A DNA stretch of 64,000 nucleotides, taken from contig CAWAMW010000015.1 in the NCBI GenBank assembly GCA_963783305.1, positions 64,001-128,000 on the forward strand, given 5' to 3'. This document shows positions 1 through 9,399 of this stretch, piece after piece (within the stretch, counting starts at the first letter, position 1; every line of letters begins with the position of its first letter). The translations under genes were made by a program, and so were the position numbers. The stretch comes from an uncultured Gemmatimonadales bacterium (GTDB lineage: Bacteria > Gemmatimonadota > Gemmatimonadetes > Longimicrobiales > RSA9). The notes under the pieces are model-generated. The model ran no database searches. It had not been told where the DNA came from and saw only the letters and a program-made list of their open reading frames with translations.

Positions 1-546
1 GCGCGAGAGGCGGGGGCGGAGGTCCGGGTCCGGAAGGCACGGGAAACGGCACCGCGGGATGTCGTGGAGTCGCAGGACGCGTGGAAGGCCCAGGAGGCGC
101 GCACGTCCAATGTGCAGGAGGCCTCGCCCGACGACCTGGTGTGGGCGGACGCATTCCTGTTCAGCGCTCCTACGCGCTACGGCGGCGCCGCCAGCCAGAT
201 GCGGGCGTTCATCGACACGCTCGGCCCGATCTGGAAGGAGGGCAAGCTGGTGGACAAGACATTCAGCGCCATGACGAGCGCCGAGAACGTCCACGGCGGT
301 CATGAGACGACGCTGCAGACCCTCTACGTCTCAGCCATGCACTGGGGCGCGATCCTGGTTCCGCCGGGCTACACGGACGCGTCGATCTTCGAGGCGGGCG
401 GCAATCCGTACGGCGCGAGCGTCGCTGCGGGCGCCGATGGGATCACCGAGGGCATCGAGAAAGCGATCCAGCACCAGACGCGCCGGCTCCTGGACGTGAC
501 GGCGCGCCTTCAGCGCGGGTCCGAGGCGCACCAGGAAGCCAGCTGA
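1..546 (+). CDS. wrbA: NAD(P)H:quinone oxidoreductase, WrbA flavodoxin-like (5' truncated by window edge)
   Basis: Frame is open from base 1. Motifs [32 protein letters not shown] and GGNPYGAS are typical of WrbA. Confidence 0.88.
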   Translation, partial: AREAGAEVRVRKARETAPRDVVESQDAWKAQEARTSNVQEASPDDLVWADAFLFSAPTRYGGAASQMRAFIDTLGPIWKEGKLVDKTFSAMTSAENVHGGHETTLQTLYVSAMHWGAILVPPGYTDASIFEAGGNPYGASVAAGADGITEGIEKAIQHQTRRLLDVTARLQRGSEAHQEAS

Positions 547-550
547 ATCG

Positions 551-2104
551 TCAGGCGTCCGGCGACGCGGCCACCCTTCGGAAGGTCGCGAAGCCCGGGA
601 TCGTCAGCTCCCCGACCGTGCCGGCGGCGTCCAGCGCAAACGTCACGTCATCATGGCCGTATCCGGCCCGCCGCCAGGTGGCGCGGAACGTGTCGAAGTG
701 CCAGTGCCCGAGGTCGGCCACGTAGTCGGCGGAATAATGCAGCACGAGCCCACCCTCCTCCATGGTGACGCGGACATCGCCGAAGAGGCGGTCGCGGTAT
801 GTGCCGGTGTATTCCTCCAGCGGCAGCGACGGCCGGGTGTCCAGCACACGCGCTGCGTCGTGTTCCGCCGACCGCTCCTCCGAGCGTTCCGCGGAGCGCG
901 TGGAGAGGGCCAGGTACTCCGCGCTCCAGTCGGTTTCAGGGACGCCCAGAAGGGCATCGAACACGCGGAACATGAGGGCCGTCTGGAGTTGACTCGAGCT
1001 CAGATTCGCCAGCACCACGACCGCGATCCCCTCCTCCGGTATCATGGCCACCTGCGTCCGCATGAAGTTCACCGCGCCGGTGTGCTGGACGATCTTGTGG
1101 CCGTGGTAGTCCTGCATACGCCAGCCGAGCCCGTACGCGCGGAAGTGGGTGGACGGGAACATCCGACGATCGACGCTGTCGCTTGACATGACCATCTGCG
1201 GCTCGTGCATTTCCGCGATGGCGGCTGAATCGAGAAGTCGGCGTCCTTCGAACTCGCCGTAGTTCAGCTGGAGCCGGAGCCACTGCGCCATCTCCCACGC
1301 GCTGGAGAAGACGGAGCCGGCGGGCCCGAGGGCATCGTAGTCGCGATGATCGATGGCTATGACTCGACCATCGGAAAGCACGTGTGAGCCGGACACGTTG
1401 TCGCGCCGGGCGACCACAGCGGACCGGGGCGTGCTGCGCTCCATCCCCAGGGGCTCGAACAGGCGCGTCTCGATGAACGTGGCCCACGGCACGCCCGCCG
1501 CCGCCGCCAGCACCTCGCCCGCCACCATGTACATGATGTTGTTGTAGCCGTACCCGCCCCTGAACTCGCTCGACTGCGGGAGGTATCGCGCCCGCCGCAC
1601 GATCTCCGCGCGATCGAAGGGCGCCGCGATCCACACGTTGTCGCTCCTGGAGACGCCCGTGCGGTGCGTCAGCAGATCGCGGATGGTCACGTGACGCGTG
1701 ACGAACGGGTCCTCCAGCTGGAACTCGGGGAGGTAGCGGGTGACGGGGTCGTCCCAGTCGAGGACGTCTTCCGACACCAGCATCCCGAGGCCGGCCACGG
1801 TCATTGCCTTGGTGGTGGACGCGATGGCGAAGAGCGTGTGCTCGTCCACGGGAGCGCCGGAGCCAAGACGGCGCTCACCGAATCCCCGCGCATATACCAC
1901 CCGGTCGTCCTGCACCACGGCAATGGCCAGTCCGGGGATCTCCCACTCCCGGACGGCCTGCTCGATGTACGAGTCCAGCCCCGACAGGCGCTCGGGCACC
2001 GTGGGTGCGGCCGGGAGCGTGGCCACCTGCGCCGACACGGGCGAGCCCAGGAACAGCCCCAGGAGCAGCAGCAGAACAGGACGAACGCGATCTATGGCTT
2101 GCAT
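551..2104 (-). CDS. Secreted serine hydrolase, beta-lactamase class C/peptidase S12 family, with C-terminal DUF3471-like domain
   Basis: Signal peptide after MQAIDR; SxxK (ASTTK), LLTHRTG, YNN and HTG motifs; C-terminal PLEEYTGTY...HWHFDTF. Confidence 0.85.
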   Translation of the reverse strand: MQAIDRVRPVLLLLLGLFLGSPVSAQVATLPAAPTVPERLSGLDSYIEQAVREWEIPGLAIAVVQDDRVVYARGFGERRLGSGAPVDEHTLFAIASTTKAMTVAGLGMLVSEDVLDWDDPVTRYLPEFQLEDPFVTRHVTIRDLLTHRTGVSRSDNVWIAAPFDRAEIVRRARYLPQSSEFRGGYGYNNIMYMVAGEVLAAAAGVPWATFIETRLFEPLGMERSTPRSAVVARRDNVSGSHVLSDGRVIAIDHRDYDALGPAGSVFSSAWEMAQWLRLQLNYGEFEGRRLLDSAAIAEMHEPQMVMSSDSVDRRMFPSTHFRAYGLGWRMQDYHGHKIVQHTGAVNFMRTQVAMIPEEGIAVVVLANLSSSQLQTALMFRVFDALLGVPETDWSAEYLALSTRSAERSEERSAEHDAARVLDTRPSLPLEEYTGTYRDRLFGDVRVTMEEGGLVLHYSADYVADLGHWHFDTFRATWRRAGYGHDDVTFALDAAGTVGELTIPGFATFRRVAASPDA

Positions 2105-2156
2105 GGTTCTCCAGTACCCTCGGTAGGTGAACAGTTCTCCGCAGGCGGCTCGCCGG

Positions 2157-3497
2157 CTACGGTCGCTCGGGTGCCCCGCCTTCCATGCGGTAGCGTACAC
2201 GTTTGCCGAGCGGGTCCTCGGCAATGACGAAATGGGCGGGCGCGTTCAGCGCCAGCCCGCCGGCAGAGTCGAGCGCCTCCTGAAGAGGGACGAGAAAGAG
2301 CCCATCCACGCGCAGCGTGTCCTGGGCCAGGGTGCCCTCCAGATCGCCAATGTCGCGGATCGTCCCGCCGCGCCTCAGCAGCGACTCCTCGTAGCCGATG
2401 AGGACGTCCGCCTCCAGGAGCGGAAGCCCGGGCACCGCGATGGTGCCACCGGTGATGAGCAGCTCCTCGGGCTGGGGTCCGTTCTCCGGCAGGGCCTGGT
2501 AGTCGGCGATGTCGTACGCTCCGTAGGACCCGGTTGCTATGGCCTGGAGCCCGCTCAGGATGGCGACGAAGTTGGCTCGCCGCAGATGCTGCTTCTGCGG
2601 GTCGTCACGCCAGCCGCCGGCCTCGATGAGCACGGTGCTGGCGCCCCAGGCGCCCACCAGGTCGCCGAAGGCCCGTGGATTGAACGTGTCGTCGTAGCGC
2701 GCCACATGGCCCCCGACCAGCGGCTCCAGCGCCCGCGCCATGACGGCGGCCACCTGCATCGCCCGGTGCCGCTTCCCATCAATGTCACGAGCCTCGTTGA
2801 ACGCCGGAGCCAGGAGCGCGATCGCGACCTGCTTCCCCGTGTCGCCCACCCGCGTGGCCGGACTCTGATCGTGCAGGTTGAAACCGAAATCCGGCTGGAC
2901 CACATCCCGGACCGCCTTCAGGATTCGACCCTCCGGAGTCTGGAGCCGCCGCGCGTCCCGGTTGATGTCGATCCCCTGCGCGTTCCGCCGCTGGAATCGC
3001 GCGGCGCCATCGGGGTTCAGGATCGGCACGATATGGATCGTGGCGCCCTCCGCCAGCCGACGGGCCATGGGGTGGTCCGGCTCCTCGTGGAGAAATCGGA
3101 GGAGGTCGGCGAGGGCCATGGTGGCCGTGCTCTCGTCCCCGTGCATCTGCGACCACAGGAGCACGCGAACGGGACCCGAGCCGTAGGTGATCCTGCGGAT
3201 CTCCCGGCCTTCGGCGCTGGTCCCCGCCACCTCGACCTGGAACGACTCCAGGTACGGATCCACCGCGTCCCAGAACGCGGAGGGCTGGAAGCGGCGGTCC
3301 TCCAGACCCGGCACCCGCACGGTCTCATGGAGCCGGATGAGGTCTTCTGATTCGGTCGATATGGTCATTTCGGAAGGGTTCGATGCGGGCGATGGGGCCC
3401 GCACTCCGGCGCAGCCGGAGGCAACGAGTGCGGTGGTCCCTGCCGCGGCCATTCTCGCGGCGAGTCGGACGGTGCGCGAGCGCATGGTATGGCGCAT
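2157..3497 (-). CDS. M14 zinc carboxypeptidase-family lipoprotein
   Basis: Lipobox-like ASGC; SQMHGDE, PILNPDG, RRNAQGIDINRD, FNLHDQ and LIEAGG motifs. Confidence 0.85.
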   Translation of the reverse strand: MRHTMRSRTVRLAARMAAAGTTALVASGCAGVRAPSPASNPSEMTISTESEDLIRLHETVRVPGLEDRRFQPSAFWDAVDPYLESFQVEVAGTSAEGREIRRITYGSGPVRVLLWSQMHGDESTATMALADLLRFLHEEPDHPMARRLAEGATIHIVPILNPDGAARFQRRNAQGIDINRDARRLQTPEGRILKAVRDVVQPDFGFNLHDQSPATRVGDTGKQVAIALLAPAFNEARDIDGKRHRAMQVAAVMARALEPLVGGHVARYDDTFNPRAFGDLVGAWGASTVLIEAGGWRDDPQKQHLRRANFVAILSGLQAIATGSYGAYDIADYQALPENGPQPEELLITGGTIAVPGLPLLEADVLIGYEESLLRRGGTIRDIGDLEGTLAQDTLRVDGLFLVPLQEALDSAGGLALNAPAHFVIAEDPLGKRVRYRMEGGAPERP

Positions 3498-3529
3498 GGT
3501 CTCCTGACGTGCGAGGACGCGTGGGCAAA

Positions 3530-3565
3530 GCGAACGGCCCCGCCCCGTGGGGGCGGAGCCGTCGC
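3530..3565 (-). terminator. GC-rich hairpin between susD and the M14 peptidase
   Basis: GCGAACGGCCCCGCCCC/GGGGCGGAGCCGTCGC imperfect stem, followed by TTT on the minus strand. Confidence 0.55.
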
Positions 3566-3591
3566 GTTGCTGCCCCGGCCGGCGGAGGGGA

Positions 3592-5034
3592 TCAGCTCCC
3601 CATCCACCAGACCGGGCTGTTCAGTGTGGCGCCGCCCTGCCGCGCCTTCGCGGCTTCCACCGCGGTCCGGTTCAGCGACTCCTCGAGACCGGGGTAGAAC
3701 AGACGCACCGGGATCCGGCCGTCGTTCAGCGCGTCCGGCCCCGCCACGAGCGCCGGGACACCCGTGCGCCGCCACTCGGCGTACGCCTCGGCACCATTGC
3801 CGAACAGGGCGATCCACTTCTGCAGCGCGATCTGGTCGAGGCCCTCGGCGTCACCCTGGTAGGCGATCTCCGGCTGCGCCAGGTACGCCGTGATTTCGGC
3901 GTCATCGATCCCGTTGAACTCCATGGCCGCCCGGATGCCGGCGGCGTACAGCGTCGCGGCATCGCCACCGATCCACTCGCGCTCCGCCGCCTCAGCCTGC
4001 AGGAGCAGAAGCTCGGCGTAGCTCATGAGCACGCCCGGTGAGTCGGCGCTGCTGTAGAAGGTGCCAATGAGCGATACCTTGTCGAGCGGCGGGTCGACGA
4101 TGACCCCGTTCGGGGCGCCCCAGTACTCGCCGTCGGAGTTGGTCTGGGCGTAGACCGCCAGCCGCGGGTCGTCCAGCCCTCGCAGCGTCTCGATCATGGT
4201 CTCACTGACCGAGTGGTCGTTCCGGCCGAGCATGTACTCGTGGATCGGATGCCGGTTCAGGCCGTTGTCTACGTACCAGAGGATCGCGTTGTCAGCGTTC
4301 GACTGGAACCCGCCGCCGGCGAACGCGTCAGCGAACTCCAGAGCGGCCACCCCCGGCTCCACCTCCGACATCCGCATGGCCACGCGCATGCGCAGGGAGT
4401 TGGCGAACCTCTCCCACCTCTCCATGTCGCCGTCGTAGATGAGATCGGCCGAGCCGATCGTGAGTCCGTCCGGATCGACCATGTCCGCGGCCGCCCCGAG
4501 CTCCTCGAGGAACGCGTGATACACGTCCTGCTGGGGATCGTAGCTGACCGTGAGGTCGCTGCCGATCTCGCGGCCGTTGAGCGCCGCGGAATACCCGATG
4601 TCACCCCACAGGTCCGTGACCACCTGGGCGGTCCACACCTTCATCACCATCCCCATGGCCACGGTATTCGGCCGATCGTCCTCCTGGCCCTTCCGGATCA
4701 CCTCCTGGAAGTCCTCCAGCGGACCCGAGTAGAACCCGGACCACTGACCGTCCACCCGCGAGTCGGTGAGCTCGTACCGGTCCTCGATCGTGTACTCGTG
4801 CTCCACGTAGTGCTGCGCCCACAGACCCGCCAGGTCCAGGTTGACCGAGTTGCCGATCACCCGGCTCACGGACGCTTCCACCGCGTTCGCGAACAGGTAC
4901 GAGGCGCTCACGTCCACCGGGTCGTTCGGGTTCTCGTTCAGCTCCGCGAGCCCCGAGTCACACCCTACGGCGGTCAGCGCCACGAGTCCCGCAGCGCCCC
5001 ACCCCTTCAGTCTCTTCATCGTATGTATCATCAT
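3592..5034 (-). CDS. SusD/RagB family nutrient-binding outer-membrane lipoprotein
   Basis: Lipobox AVGC, then LNENPN; TDLWGDIGYSAA, W..FANSLRMR and IALQKWIA...EAYAEWRRTG..P.RL.YP motifs; lies directly after susC. Confidence 0.92.
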   Translation of the reverse strand: MMIHTMKRLKGWGAAGLVALTAVGCDSGLAELNENPNDPVDVSASYLFANAVEASVSRVIGNSVNLDLAGLWAQHYVEHEYTIEDRYELTDSRVDGQWSGFYSGPLEDFQEVIRKGQEDDRPNTVAMGMVMKVWTAQVVTDLWGDIGYSAALNGREIGSDLTVSYDPQQDVYHAFLEELGAAADMVDPDGLTIGSADLIYDGDMERWERFANSLRMRVAMRMSEVEPGVAALEFADAFAGGGFQSNADNAILWYVDNGLNRHPIHEYMLGRNDHSVSETMIETLRGLDDPRLAVYAQTNSDGEYWGAPNGVIVDPPLDKVSLIGTFYSSADSPGVLMSYAELLLLQAEAAEREWIGGDAATLYAAGIRAAMEFNGIDDAEITAYLAQPEIAYQGDAEGLDQIALQKWIALFGNGAEAYAEWRRTGVPALVAGPDALNDGRIPVRLFYPGLEESLNRTAVEAAKARQGGATLNSPVWWMGS

Positions 5035-5056
5035 GTCTGTACCGTGGATTCGGGGG

Positions 5057-8000
5057 TCAGGGCGTGAGAACGACGGAGAATCCGAACGTCCGGGCCGTGG
5101 GCATCTGGGCGTACTCGAAGCCCTGTACGTTGCCCGAGTTGAACGCGGTCTCGGGGTCGATATGCGGCACGTCCGACCACAGGGCCAGGTTCCGGCCGAC
5201 GAAGGCCACCTCAGCCGCCGCCACCCGCAGCCGTTCCGTCCAGGCCGCCGGCAGTCTGAAGCCCACGCGGACCTCGCGCAGCTTCATGTACGTGGCGTCG
5301 TACGTGTGCGCCTCGGTGATCCCACCCAGGCCGCGCCAGTAGTCCTGGGCGTCCACGACGATGTCGTTCGGGACCGTGTCGCCATCGACGACCATCACGC
5401 CCGGCACGACGAGCCCGCCGCCCTCTTCGGGCGTACGGCCGTTCTCGCGGCCCTGGAGCGTTTCGATCAGCACGCCCGACCGCTGGCCATACCGGTTCGT
5501 CATCGAGTAGACCAGGCCGCCCTGCTGCCCGTCCAGAAGCACGTGGGCAGAGAACGGACCGTACTCGAACCGGTTGCGTAGCCCCCAGCTCCAGTCCGGG
5601 TTGTAGTTGCCCAGCAGTCCGTTCGGGTTCTCCGACGAGTTGAGTGGGCGGCCGTTGCTGCCGACCACCACGTTGCCCTGGCTGTCGCGGACGTATTTGC
5701 GCCCGTACATCGCGCCGTAGGGCTCACCCACGCGGGCCTCGACGCTCACGCCGTAGTAGGTGTCCAGAACCAGCGTCTCCAGGCCCTTGGCCAGCTCCAC
5801 CACTTCGTTGCTGTTCCGGCTGTACGTGGCGCTCGTCTCCCAGCGGAACCCGTTGTCGAGCCGGACCGGGACCGCGTCCACCATGACCTCGATGCCCCGG
5901 TTCGAGATGGTCCCGGCGTTCATGACCCGGGAGGTGAAGCCGGTGAGCGGCGTGACCTCGACGGGCACGATCTGGTTGCTGGTCTCGGCGTTGTAGTACG
6001 TCAGATCGAAGCCCAGCCGGTCCTGCAGGAATCGCATCTCACCGCCGATCTCCCACGACTCCGTTTGCTCCGGCTTCAGGTTGAAGTTGCGCAGGCGGTT
6101 GCTCGCGGTGAAGCGGGGCTGGCTGTTGAACGGCTGGTCCGCCAGGTACGGATCCACGAGCTGGTACGCCGCAGCGTCGTTACCGACCTGCGCCCAGCCG
6201 ACCCGCAGCTTGGCGTAGCCGGCGTACGGCAGGTCCACCAGATCGCTCACGATCAGGCTCGACGAAATGGACGGATAGAAGTACGAGTTGTTGCTCTCCG
6301 GCAGCGTCGACGACCAGTCGTTGCGCGCCGTCGCCTCGACGAACCACACGTCACGGAACCCGAAGTTGGCCGCGCCGTACAGGCTGTTGACCCGCGTCTC
6401 CTCGCGGTAGTCGGACATGCTCGGCGTGACGGCCGCGTTGCCCAGGTCGTAGAGCCCTGGCACGACCAGCTCGCTCGCGTATGCACCCAGCGAGTTGTAG
6501 TTGTTGTCCCGGCGGCTGCCGCCGAAGTTGCCGCTCAGCGACATCCCCTCGAGCCCCGGCATCTGTGCGCTCAGCAGGAAGTCCAGGTTGGTCTCCTGCC
6601 GGGAGATCGACGTCTCACCGAATGCCCCCGTGGGCGACGAAACCGACTTGGTCCCGGCGGCGAAGACGTTCTTCCGATGCTCGCTGGACACGTCGGTCCC
6701 TCCCCGGAGCATCAGGTCGAGCCACGGCATGAAGCCGTAGGTCACCGAGCCGCTCCCGATGAAGCGGTTCCGGTCGTCCCAGTTGCGGTCCTCGAGCTGC
6801 GTCCAGTACGGGTTGTTGTTCCACCGCGTGTTCCAGTTGAACTGACTCCCGTCAGGGTTGTACCGACGCGCACGCAGCAGGTCGGTGTCCACCTGGCGGC
6901 CGAACCACACGAACTGCCACATCACATTGTCCTCCCCGTATCCCTGCGCCGGCCGGTTCTCGGCCCCGGCGTTCAGGTACTGGAGTGACGCGTCCGCCCG
7001 CAGCCGGTCCGCGAGGTTGGCGCCACCGCTCACGGACACCGTGGTCCGCTCCTGCTTGAAGCCCGGCAGCATCCCGTCCTGGTTCAGGTTGGCCAGCGAC
7101 AGTCGCACGCTCGCGTTCTGGTCGCCGGCGGCCAGGGAGACGCTGTTGTTCATCGTCAGCCCGGTCTCGAAGAAATCCTCGACGTTGCCCGGGTGCGAGT
7201 TGAACGGGGCCGGCTCATCCCCGTAGAGGGGCTGGACGATCATCTCGCCGGCATCGAGCTTCGGGCCCCAGCTCTCGTCCCACGTGGCGCCGTAGCTGCC
7301 CCGGGAGCCCTGGCCGTACATGTTCTGGTACTCGGGAAGCTTGAGCGGCGTCTCGAACGTGATGTCCGACCGCGCCGTGATCCCGGAGCCCGTCCCTTGC
7401 ACGCCCTTCTTGGTGGTGATGATCACCGCACCGTTGGCGGCCCGCGAGCCGTAGAGCGCCGCCGCGTTCGGCCCCTTCAGGACCGAGATCGACTGGATGT
7501 CGTTCGGGTTCAGGTCCTGGACCAGGTTGCCGTAATCAATGGCGTTGTAGCCGCGCGTCCCGTCCGTGGACGCCGCGTTGCTCACTGGCACGCCGTCCAG
7601 CACGAACAGCGGCTGGTTGTTGCCGGTGAGGGAGTTCACGCCGCGGATCACCATCCGTGCCGATCCGCCCGGCGTGTTCGAGCTCCGGATGTGGACGCCG
7701 GAGATCTTGCCGGTGAGCGAGCTCACCAGGTTCGATTCGGGCGCGCGCGACAGCTCTTCACCACTCAGCGACTGCACCGCCGTGGTCAGCTCCCGGCGTG
7801 GCCGCTCGATCCCCAGCGCCGTCACCACGATCCCGTCCAGGGCCACGGCCTCCTCGGAGATCCGGAAGTCGACCCGGACCGTCTCGCCCGACCGCACGTC
7901 CGCCGTGTGCGTCAGGTCCGCGTAGCCGATGGACTGTGCCACTACCTCCACCGCGCCTGCCGGTACGCCGGCGATGCGGTAGCGGCCGGCGCGGTCCGAA

Positions 8001-8206
8001 AGCGTGCCAAGCTCGGATCCCACCACGGAGATCTGCACGTTGCTCAGCGGCGCCCCGGTGGTGGCATCGGTCACCTCACCCAGGATCATGCCGGTCTGCG
8101 CCTGCGCTTCAGCGGCACCGGCGGCAAAGGTGAGGATGCCGGCCAGCAGCATGCCGAGCACGGACGGCAGGCCTCCTGCTCTCCAGCTCGTACGGGATAG
8201 ACTCAT
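5057..8206 (-). CDS. SusC/RagA family TonB-dependent outer-membrane transporter
   Basis: N-terminal carboxypeptidase-regulatory-like domain; plug motifs NNQPLFVLDG and DIQSISVLKGPNAAALYGSRAANGAVIITTKKG; beta-barrel. GGAGGA RBS precedes the ATG at 8206. Confidence 0.95.
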   Translation of the reverse strand: MSLSRTSWRAGGLPSVLGMLLAGILTFAAGAAEAQAQTGMILGEVTDATTGAPLSNVQISVVGSELGTLSDRAGRYRIAGVPAGAVEVVAQSIGYADLTHTADVRSGETVRVDFRISEEAVALDGIVVTALGIERPRRELTTAVQSLSGEELSRAPESNLVSSLTGKISGVHIRSSNTPGGSARMVIRGVNSLTGNNQPLFVLDGVPVSNAASTDGTRGYNAIDYGNLVQDLNPNDIQSISVLKGPNAAALYGSRAANGAVIITTKKGVQGTGSGITARSDITFETPLKLPEYQNMYGQGSRGSYGATWDESWGPKLDAGEMIVQPLYGDEPAPFNSHPGNVEDFFETGLTMNNSVSLAAGDQNASVRLSLANLNQDGMLPGFKQERTTVSVSGGANLADRLRADASLQYLNAGAENRPAQGYGEDNVMWQFVWFGRQVDTDLLRARRYNPDGSQFNWNTRWNNNPYWTQLEDRNWDDRNRFIGSGSVTYGFMPWLDLMLRGGTDVSSEHRKNVFAAGTKSVSSPTGAFGETSISRQETNLDFLLSAQMPGLEGMSLSGNFGGSRRDNNYNSLGAYASELVVPGLYDLGNAAVTPSMSDYREETRVNSLYGAANFGFRDVWFVEATARNDWSSTLPESNNSYFYPSISSSLIVSDLVDLPYAGYAKLRVGWAQVGNDAAAYQLVDPYLADQPFNSQPRFTASNRLRNFNLKPEQTESWEIGGEMRFLQDRLGFDLTYYNAETSNQIVPVEVTPLTGFTSRVMNAGTISNRGIEVMVDAVPVRLDNGFRWETSATYSRNSNEVVELAKGLETLVLDTYYGVSVEARVGEPYGAMYGRKYVRDSQGNVVVGSNGRPLNSSENPNGLLGNYNPDWSWGLRNRFEYGPFSAHVLLDGQQGGLVYSMTNRYGQRSGVLIETLQGRENGRTPEEGGGLVVPGVMVVDGDTVPNDIVVDAQDYWRGLGGITEAHTYDATYMKLREVRVGFRLPAAWTERLRVAAAEVAFVGRNLALWSDVPHIDPETAFNSGNVQGFEYAQMPTARTFGFSVVLTP

Positions 8207-8421
8207 GGCTCCTCCTGGTGGGGGTGTCGGGTTTCCGGACCATACAGACGGCCGGGGGCGAGTGGCTCTGTGCCCAGTCTCGTCGGGGGATCGCATTGGT
8301 CGGTTTCTCACTGTTTAGGAGGCGGGTCTGACAGAGTGGAGCCCGCCGCAGGGTACCGCCGAGTGCGCAGCCTCTTAGTAGGAAGATTGGAGAGAAATTG
8401 GCCGCGCCTCGGACGTGAGAC

Positions 8422-8451
8422 AGAATAATGAACTCCCGTCTATAAATGCAA
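8422..8451 (-). promoter_or_regulatory. Putative sigma70-type promoter for susC
   Basis: Minus strand TTGCAT-N18-TATTCT in an AT-rich patch about 215 nt upstream of the start codon. Confidence 0.4.
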
Positions 8452-8489
8452 CAGCAGTCCGGGAGCGGAGCGCTCCCCCGCCGGCCACA

Positions 8490-8505
8490 TGGCGTGCCTC
8501 GTGCA
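8490..8505 (+). promoter_or_regulatory. Putative sigma54 -24/-12 promoter
   Basis: TGGCGTGCCTCGTGCA = GG-N10-GC, 40 nt before the ATG at 8546. Confidence 0.55.
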
Positions 8506-8545
8506 TGCTGAGCCGCCACGCCATGACGACCCGAATCCCGGAACC

Positions 8546-9382
8546 ATGATCGACCTGCGCACTGCCGCAACGGCCACTCTCGTCCTCTCCACCCTGGTGG
8601 CCTGCACCGGGAAAGGCGATGCCGACCCGGACCCGGACACCGCTGTCTGCCTTCAGGGCGGCCCCTTCAACGTGGATGGAGAACTACCGGTCGACGGGAC
8701 CGCAGCTCCGACCGAGGCTCCGCTCGAGATCTCGGGCCTGCGCTGGGATCGACACGTCGGCTGCGAGCGTTTCGTGGTCGACCTGGCCCGGGAGAACGGT
8801 GGGACCGCGGTGGCGGCGGGGCCGGTGGACGTGAAGCTACTGAGAGCGCTTGGCGTGGTGCGGATCCGGCTGGAGCGAGCGGAGACGGTGCGCAGTGATG
8901 CTACCGACTCCCGGTTCGACGGCCCGCTGGCCCGCGCGGCCTACGTGGTGCGTGCGCCGGGGGGAAGCGGCATGTTCGTGGACGTGCATCTGGCGGGGCC
9001 GACGGAAGCCCGGGCGCTGCTGCTCACGGACCCGGCACGCGTGGTGGTCGACCTGCGCCCGGGGGGAGGCGATCTGGCCGCGCCGGCGGCGGCCGGCCAG
9101 CGGGTCGTGATTCTGGAGCCGAGAGCGGGCACGGCGTCGTACCCGCTCACCGTACGGGGCTACGCGCGCACATTCGAGGCGAACGTCGTGGCGCGCCTCG
9201 AGGCCTCGGGAGAGACGGTCGCCCAGGAAGTGACCACGGCCACGGGCTGGGCCGACGCCTGGGGCTACTACTCGCTCACCATCCCCGACGGACCCGTGGG
9301 TCTGATGCGACTGCGGGTGGGCGAGCACTCCGCGCGTGATGGCACCTGGGAAGGGGTTTCCGTCGAGCTGGACATGAGATGA
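8546..9382 (+). CDS. Lipoprotein with AMIN-like N-terminal domain and C-terminal Gmad2 immunoglobulin-like domain
   Basis: Lipobox LVAC; CERFVVDL...DPARVVVDL (AMIN-like); LTVRGYARTFEANV...WGYY...SARDG (Gmad2-like). Confidence 0.7.
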   Translation: MIDLRTAATATLVLSTLVACTGKGDADPDPDTAVCLQGGPFNVDGELPVDGTAAPTEAPLEISGLRWDRHVGCERFVVDLARENGGTAVAAGPVDVKLLRALGVVRIRLERAETVRSDATDSRFDGPLARAAYVVRAPGGSGMFVDVHLAGPTEARALLLTDPARVVVDLRPGGGDLAAPAAAGQRVVILEPRAGTASYPLTVRGYARTFEANVVARLEASGETVAQEVTTATGWADAWGYYSLTIPDGPVGLMRLRVGEHSARDGTWEGVSVELDMR

Positions 9383-9399
9383 GTCGTCCCCGCCGCTGA

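Noticed and set aside
551..2104. AmpC cephalosporinase
   Set aside because: The HTG triad and DUF3471-like tail fit the broad S12 peptidase/esterase group. Resistance cannot be inferred.
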